Shown in pieces: positions 58,648 to 64,000 of a stretch of DNA of 64,000 nt. The position numbers and the translations under genes are program-made. Numbering within the stretch: position 1 is the stretch's first letter; the number at the start of each line of letters is the position of its first letter. Source of the DNA: Pseudomonadota bacterium (GTDB lineage: Bacteria; Pseudomonadota; Alphaproteobacteria; Sphingomonadales; Sphingomonadaceae); assembly GCA_040387665.1 (NCBI GenBank), contig JAZKDH010000004.1, positions 1,090 to 65,089 on the forward strand, written 5' to 3'. Below the pieces are notes generated by a model. It saw only the letters and a program-made list of their open reading frames with translations. It made no database searches and was not told where the DNA came from.

Positions 58648-59867
58648 TGGTCAAGTTCCTCGAGCAGGGCTTCGACCCGGGTGAAATGGTCCGGCCAGGT
58701 AGGCGCGGTCCAGCCCGCGGCACGCTCGATCCGGGCCAGCCGGTCCGGCGCATCGGGCGCCGCGTATTCGACGATTGCCCGAAGCCATCCCATCCCATCG
58801 AGCGGGTCGATATAGCGCGGCAGGTCGCCCGCGCATTCCCGGTAGACGGGCAGGTCCGCCGCGATCACCGGCACGCCCAGCGCCAAGGCCTCGAATACCG
58901 GCATGCCGAACCCTTCCGCGAAACTAGGCATGAGCAGCGCCCGCGCGCCCGCGATCAGACCCGCCAGTTCGCCGTCGCCCAGCGCGTTATGTTCAATCAC
59001 CAGACGCCGCACGCCGGGGGAGCGGTCCAGCAGATCGACGATGTTTTCGTTTTCCCACCCGCGCCGGCCAACCAGTACCAGACGCGGCGCGAGATCTGCC
59101 GCCGATGAGGGAAACATTTCGGCCAGTCGGCGCCAGATGTGCAGCAGCAGGAGATGATTCTTGCGCGGCTCTATTGTCCCGAGCGCCACGAAATACGCAC
59201 GTCCGGCCAACGCGGTTTGCGCCGGTCCGGCCACGGCCGCAGCCTGCCGGTCGAACCCGATCGGGGCAACCACGATCCTGCCGGCATATGGCGTGCGCGT
59301 GCGCCGCCGCAATGCTTCGCCGGTCGCCCCGGAGTTGACGATAAAACCGTCCGCGGCAGCCAGTGCATTGTCCAGCCGCTGCTGGTGCCGCTGTGCGCCT
59401 CCGGCACGGGCATATTCGGGAAAATCGGCCGGGATCGTGTCATGAAGGAATACCACGAGCTTGCCGCCGTGCGCTCTGCGCTGGGCCAGCCATCGGCTCC
59501 GGTGCCAGTTCTGGTGCGACGGGATGATCGCGATCGTCCCGCGGGGGGCCGAATCGGTGTGCGACCCGAAACCGGGCATTCTGCGGCCCAGCGGGCGCGC
59601 GGCTGCCATCAGGCGCAGCCATTCCTGCCATGCGATGCCATCTGCACCGGCCCACCCGCGTTCCAGCGCGGTCAGAAAGCGGTTGACCGCCGGCGCCGGC
59701 AGCTTGAGCGCACCAGCCACGCCGGCCCGCGCAACGAACGTGACCGGGCGGCGGTCCTGCGTGAGGAAATGCCGGGCATAGGCATGCTCCACCCGGTCTA
59801 TTCCGCTGGGGGTGGGATGGCGCACGCGGCCGACCAGCCGGCTGAGATCGAGGACAACCGGGCGCAT
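58644..59867 (-). CDS. glycosyltransferase, GT4 family
   Basis: ORF trimmed to ATG 59867 (MRPVVLDLSRLVG...). C-terminal motif PSFAEGFGMPVFEALALGVPV. The stop overlaps the kpsM start (GTGA). Confidence 0.8.
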   Translation of the reverse strand: MRPVVLDLSRLVGRVRHPTPSGIDRVEHAYARHFLTQDRRPVTFVARAGVAGALKLPAPAVNRFLTALERGWAGADGIAWQEWLRLMAAARPLGRRMPGFGSHTDSAPRGTIAIIPSHQNWHRSRWLAQRRAHGGKLVVFLHDTIPADFPEYARAGGAQRHQQRLDNALAAADGFIVNSGATGEALRRRTRTPYAGRIVVAPIGFDRQAAAVAGPAQTALAGRAYFVALGTIEPRKNHLLLLHIWRRLAEMFPSSAADLAPRLVLVGRRGWENENIVDLLDRSPGVRRLVIEHNALGDGELAGLIAGARALLMPSFAEGFGMPVFEALALGVPVIAADLPVYRECAGDLPRYIDPLDGMGWLRAIVEYAAPDAPDRLARIERAAGWTAPTWPDHFTRVEALLEELDQ

Positions 59868-59993
59868 TACGCTGGAGGGGCAGCCAGAGGCGCCGGGCAG
59901 CCCGTCCGAAACGGGCGCAAACGTGGACCGGGCACAGCCGCCCAGGCGGTGAACCGGGTGCAGACGTGCAGCATCAGTGCGGATCGTGACCAC

Positions 59994-60836
59994 TCAAGCG
60001 TGCAACGCGGGAACCGGAAGCGGACCGCCCGGCTGTTCCGTTCCCGGCAAGCATTTCACCAGCCGATCGATCGACAGCAGGTCTTCCAGCAGCGGTTCAA
60101 GCCGGGAAAGCGGCCAGACCGTTGCGGCGTCAGACCATGCGCGCGGCGGGTCCGGGTGGGTTTCGATGAACAGGCCGTCCACGCCCACGGCCACTGCGGC
60201 CCGCGCCAGCGCGGGGATCAGTTCGCGCTGCCCTCCGCTTGCCCCGCCCGCCGCGCCGGGCTGCTGCACCGCATGGCTCGCGTCGAAGATCACGGGGCAC
60301 CCGAAGGAACGCATCACTTCGAGCCCCCGCATGTCGACCACCAGATCCTGGTAACCGAAGCTGGTGCCGCGTTCGCACAGCCACAGCCGATCCGCCACCG
60401 ATTCGCCGGGTTGCAGGCATTCGCGCGCCTTGTCCACGACGTGCGCCATGTCCTGCGGGGCCATGAACTGGCCTTTTTTTACATTCACCGGCCTGCCGCT
60501 GCGGACGGCGGCCTGCACAAGGTCTGTCTGCCGGCACAGGAACGCTGGCACCTGCAGCACGTCGACCACGGCCGCCGTTGGCGCCACCTGCGTCACGTCG
60601 TGCACGTCGGTCAGCAATTCCAGGCCGGTCTCCGCCCGGATGCCGCCCAGAATTTCCAGTCCGCGCCGCAGTCCCGGTCCGCGCGGCGAATAGCCTGAAG
60701 TGCGGTTCGCCTTGTCGAACGACGCCTTGAAAATCATGCGGACCTGCAGGCGTTCGCCAATTCGCGCCAGTTCGCGGGCGATCGCCAGCGCGTGGGGTTC
60801 GCTTTCGATGACGCAAGGCCCTGCAATGATGAACAT
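59994..60836 (-). CDS. kdsA: 3-deoxy-8-phosphooctulonate (Kdo8P) synthase
   Basis: MFIIAGPCVIESE...KASFDKANR...DVHD..., a full-length KdsA pattern of 280 aa. Confidence 0.93.
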   Translation of the reverse strand: MFIIAGPCVIESEPHALAIARELARIGERLQVRMIFKASFDKANRTSGYSPRGPGLRRGLEILGGIRAETGLELLTDVHDVTQVAPTAAVVDVLQVPAFLCRQTDLVQAAVRSGRPVNVKKGQFMAPQDMAHVVDKARECLQPGESVADRLWLCERGTSFGYQDLVVDMRGLEVMRSFGCPVIFDASHAVQQPGAAGGASGGQRELIPALARAAVAVGVDGLFIETHPDPPRAWSDAATVWPLSRLEPLLEDLLSIDRLVKCLPGTEQPGGPLPVPALHA

Positions 60837-60969
60837 CGTCCGCCGACCCTCGCTTTACGCCACCGGCGGCATCTTGCGCCGTAGCAGGACGGGCCGCACC
60901 GAGTTGACCGATGGCAAAGACGTAACCCAGGCAAGCCCTATTGTCGAATGAAGCCTTGATTTCAAGCGC

Positions 60970-60984
60970 GTGAATCGCATTCAC
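60970..60984. promoter_or_regulatory. perfect inverted repeat GTGAAT-CGC-ATTCAC in the kdsA/kpsF divergent spacer
   Basis: A 6-3-6 palindrome read directly in the roughly 300-bp lower-GC spacer between the divergent kdsA and kpsF starts. The binding factor is unknown. Confidence 0.3.
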
Positions 60985-61132
60985 GGCCAGTTGCCTCCAC
61001 AGTGGATATGACGCATGGACGAACGCAACGAATAGGTTTAATTTCCCGGCCAACGCCCTGTTTTAGTTAAGGTGTATTGCGTCCTTGTCCCGTTTTGCCG
61101 GCGAACCCAATACCCTTCGGGCGGACCCTCTT

Positions 61133-62092
61133 ATGCGGCTGCCGGACGTGGACATACCGCGTGGAGTCATCGATGCCGCGATCGGCGCGCTGGCTGAATT
61201 GCGTGTATCGCTGGGTACAGAGCTCCCACTGGCAGCGCTGCACCTTGCCGGTTGCGACGGACGGATCGTGTTCTGCGGGCTTGGCAAATCGGGGATCGCC
61301 GCGCGCAAGATGGCGTCGACTTTCGCTTCGCTCGGGCGGCCGTCGCTGTTTCTGCATCCTGCCGATGCGGTGCACGGCGATCTCGGCAAGATGTGCAGCG
61401 GCGATATCCTGGTCGCCATCTCGGTCTCTGGCGAGACGAACGCATTGCTGCCAGTCATAACCTATGCGCAGGCCCGCGGGATAATGGTCATGGGGATCAC
61501 TGCACGCCGCGAAAGCCTGCTCGGTCGCAGTTGCAATCTGGTGCTGGCCTTGCCGGAATGCATCGAAGGGGGGCCGGTAGCGGAAGTGCCGATGGCGTCT
61601 ACCGTCACGACAATCGTGCTTGGGGACGCGTTGGCCGCGCTGGTCGCCCACCGCTGTGAGTTCACCAGCAGCGATCTGGCGGTCCTTCATCCGGGGGGCC
61701 GGATCGGCGTGCGGCTGCGGCCGGTGCGGCAGGTGATGCAGGCAGGCTCACGCATACCGCTCGTCGCACCGGATACGCCGTGTGCGTCGGTCATCGCCGT
61801 CATGACCGACAAGGGCTTCGGCATTGCAGGCATCGTCGATCCGGCAACCGAACGGTTGGTCGGGGTGATCACCGACGGTGATCTGCGCCGCAATCACGGC
61901 CGCCTGGACTCGGCCTTGGCGCAGCACCTGTCAGGGGGAGCGCCGATCACGCTTGGCCCGGACGATACTGCTGGCCAGGCGCTGGACCTTGCCCGCGCGC
62001 ATCGCATTTCGGCCCTGTTTGTTGTCGATGGCGATGGCGCCCCGATCGGATTGGTCGATCTGCAGGATCTTCTGCGGGTCGGGATCGATTGA
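61133..62092 (+). CDS. kpsF: arabinose-5-phosphate isomerase (KpsF/GutQ family)
   Basis: ORF trimmed to ATG 61133. SIS domain motif GLGKSG, and tandem CBS domains at the C-terminus. Confidence 0.87.
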   Translation: MRLPDVDIPRGVIDAAIGALAELRVSLGTELPLAALHLAGCDGRIVFCGLGKSGIAARKMASTFASLGRPSLFLHPADAVHGDLGKMCSGDILVAISVSGETNALLPVITYAQARGIMVMGITARRESLLGRSCNLVLALPECIEGGPVAEVPMASTVTTIVLGDALAALVAHRCEFTSSDLAVLHPGGRIGVRLRPVRQVMQAGSRIPLVAPDTPCASVIAVMTDKGFGIAGIVDPATERLVGVITDGDLRRNHGRLDSALAQHLSGGAPITLGPDDTAGQALDLARAHRISALFVVDGDGAPIGLVDLQDLLRVGID

Positions 62093-62144
62093 TCCGGTAC
62101 TTGCGCTTCGCACCGTACATTCTCCAATTCCGCCAGGCACTGCC

Positions 62145-62930
62145 GTGCAACCCTTAGTCATCATCCCTGCGCGCTTTGCCTCGGTCCGCTTTCCCGGAAA
62201 GCCCCTTTTTCGGCTCACCTCCAGCGAGGGCATCAGCCGCCCGCTTGTCGAATGGACGTGGCGGGCCGCAGTGGCTGCCGTGGGATCGCCGGCGACTTGC
62301 ATCGCAACCGACGATGAACGCATTGCCGACGCAGCGCGCGCATTCGGTGCGCGGGTGGTGCTGACCGATCGGGATTTGCGCAACGGCACCGAGCGCTGTG
62401 CGGCCGCGGTGGCCGCACTTGGCCAGACCCCGTCGGTCGTCGTCAATCTTCAGGGCGACAGTCCGCTTATTCCGCCGCAGTTTATAACCGCCGTGCTGGC
62501 CGCATTCGGACAGCCAGCGGTGCAGGTGGCGACCCCCTTTGTCGAGTGCGATGCTGCGATGATGGCGCTGATCCATGCCGATCATGCTGCGGGGCGTGTG
62601 GGCGGCACGTGCGTGGTGGCGCGGGACGACGGCACGGCCGCTTATTTCAGCAAGTATCCGATTCCTCACGGCGCCTCGGCCGAATGCCCGCTCAAGCTCC
62701 ATCTCGGGCTGTATGCGTTCCGGCCGGCAGCGCTTGCTGCTTATGCCGCGCTGCCGCCGGGTGCGCTGGAGCACGCCGAAGGGCTGGAGCAACTGCGGTT
62801 TCTGGAAGCGGGCTGGCCCATCCAGCTGGTGAAGGTGCCCCGGCCCAGGGACGGAATGTGGGAGATCAACAATCCCGAGGACGTGGCTATCGTCGAGCCG
62901 CGCCTGCCGTTGAGCCACATTGCCGTCTGA
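62145..62930 (+). CDS. kdsB: 3-deoxy-manno-octulosonate cytidylyltransferase (CMP-Kdo synthetase)
   Basis: GTG 62145 (VQPLVIIPARFASVRFPGKPL...). Motifs NLQGDSP and the C-terminal LEQLRFLE are present. Confidence 0.87.
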   Translation: MQPLVIIPARFASVRFPGKPLFRLTSSEGISRPLVEWTWRAAVAAVGSPATCIATDDERIADAARAFGARVVLTDRDLRNGTERCAAAVAALGQTPSVVVNLQGDSPLIPPQFITAVLAAFGQPAVQVATPFVECDAAMMALIHADHAAGRVGGTCVVARDDGTAAYFSKYPIPHGASAECPLKLHLGLYAFRPAALAAYAALPPGALEHAEGLEQLRFLEAGWPIQLVKVPRPRDGMWEINNPEDVAIVEPRLPLSHIAV

Positions 62931-62975
62931 GCCAGTACGCCCGGGATAGTCGGAGTTCGCGATCCGAAGTTGGCG

Positions 62976-64000
62976 CTAGGGATCGGCCAGCAGCCGCGCG
63001 GCAGCGTTTTCGACCAGCAGCCGAACCGCGCTCTGGCTGGCGATGCCGCCGCGGACCAGACATTCGGCATGGAGCGCCCGCAACATTGCTTCGTACAGCG
63101 CAGCATCGGGCGGTTCCGGCGCTGACCAGAACGTGTCCAGCGGCCCGGGATGGACAATACCGTCCACCGCATAGATCGCCGTGCCGAGCGTCTTGACCGG
63201 CACGCCGGCGGCCAGCGCGAACGTGGCCGCGGTGGAGTTGACGACCACGACCCCGCGTGAGTTGCGCGCAAGCTCCTCCAGATTGCCTCCTGCGACATGC
63301 GCGACCCTGCTGGACAGTCCCATGCGCCGCGCCCGTCGCGCAATCCGCGCGGACCACCGGCGCCAGGATGCATCAAGCGGGTGCTCCTTGATCACCAGCA
63401 TAGCATCGGCCGGCGCATGCGCGGCAAAGCTGGCGAGCACATAGTCAACCGCCTGATCCATTTGCGCAAATGGCGAATGAACCCGGATCTGGTAATCCGA
63501 ACACAGTTGCAGCGGAAACAGAAAATAGCTGCCGGGCACAAGGCCCGCGATCGTGCGTTCAGCTGCCCGTGCGGCGCTGCGTGAACGCGCGAATTTGCGC
63601 AACCAGCCCAGACCTTCCGCCGCCAGCGAGCCGGGCCGGTGCGACCGGAAAAACGGAAAGCGCGGCAGGCCCAGTGCAACTGCCGCGTAATAGCGGAACG
63701 TGTCACGCCGCCGCCGGGCCGCGCTGGCGGTGACCGGCGGCAGTCCTTGCGGCAACGAGGGCGCGGTTGCGCCAGCCGCAAGCAGGGCCGCCGGGTCTCG
63801 CACAAAGCGCGATCGGCCGTTGACCCCGTCGCGTTCAAGCGACATCCAGTGCGGGCGGACATAGCCTTCCTCGAACACGTGGACCCGCACCGCGCGAAGC
63901 CGGGCCATCTGGTGCGCCACCATGTGCATCGGCCGGCAATCCCCGAACAGCACCAGATCCGTCGTTCCCATATCGCGCATGAGCCGGTCTACGTAGAGTG
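62976..64000 (-). CDS. kpsS: capsule polysaccharide biosynthesis protein KpsS (beta-Kdo transferase family), 5' end outside the window
   Basis: Capsule_synth-type motifs LFGDCRPMH, VFEEGYVRP, FPLQL.SDYQI and VIKEHPLD. The reading frame stays open to position 64000, so the true start lies beyond the window. Confidence 0.82.
   Translation of the reverse strand, partial: LYVDRLMRDMGTTDLVLFGDCRPMHMVAHQMARLRAVRVHVFEEGYVRPHWMSLERDGVNGRSRFVRDPAALLAAGATAPSLPQGLPPVTASAARRRRDTFRYYAAVALGLPRFPFFRSHRPGSLAAEGLGWLRKFARSRSAARAAERTIAGLVPGSYFLFPLQLCSDYQIRVHSPFAQMDQAVDYVLASFAAHAPADAMLVIKEHPLDASWRRWSARIARRARRMGLSSRVAHVAGGNLEELARNSRGVVVVNSTAATFALAAGVPVKTLGTAIYAVDGIVHPGPLDTFWSAPEPPDAALYEAMLRALHAECLVRGGIASQSAVRLLVENAAARLLADP

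Overview
This is a high-GC chromosomal segment (judged by eye, not computed). Gene content and order look alphaproteobacterial and most like Sphingomonadales; that placement is inference only. I call one tRNA (Asn-GUU) and about 62 protein-coding genes, which tile the window almost without gaps. Positions 1-52 kb are mainly housekeeping: nadK, a GGDEF/EAL protein, the H+-pyrophosphatase, hisG-hisD-nusB-thiL, pirin, bolA and a J-domain gene, a GST/VOC/DUF1428 cassette, a lone cobS, truA-fmt diverging from recR-def-rmuC, a radical SAM gene, moaB, a lytic transglycosylase, ETF-QO, ispE, ilvD, nnr and an RNA methyltransferase. It continues with a polyamine module (carboxynorspermidine dehydrogenase, carboxynorspermidine decarboxylase, ornithine decarboxylase), a ScfR/RamB-type regulator diverging from isocitrate lyase, a PilZ protein, matB, cysD-cysNC-cysQ, and a citE-like/hydrolase/flavin reductase operon. 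Positions 52.5-64 kb hold an ABC-transporter-dependent (group 2/kps-like) capsule locus with its own Kdo genes, and it runs off the window. I found no multi-gene block of unknown function that I could defend as a new system. The signals most worth follow-up are small and mostly non-coding: (1) a long structured spacer/leader upstream of the ornithine decarboxylase gene; (2) a RamB-box-like inverted repeat in front of aceA; (3) an unlisted 57-codon ORF with a strong Shine-Dalgarno (SD) sequence after aceA; (4) a 15-16 bp tandem repeat at the rmuC stop codon; (5) an SD/start ambiguity at cysD; (6) a Cys/His-rich insert in peptide deformylase; (7) an orphan cobS near bolA and the J-domain gene; (8) the capsule locus architecture. 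Most long antisense ORFs in the six-frame track are GC-driven shadows of real genes. All family assignments come from motif recognition in the translated ORFs; no searches were run.
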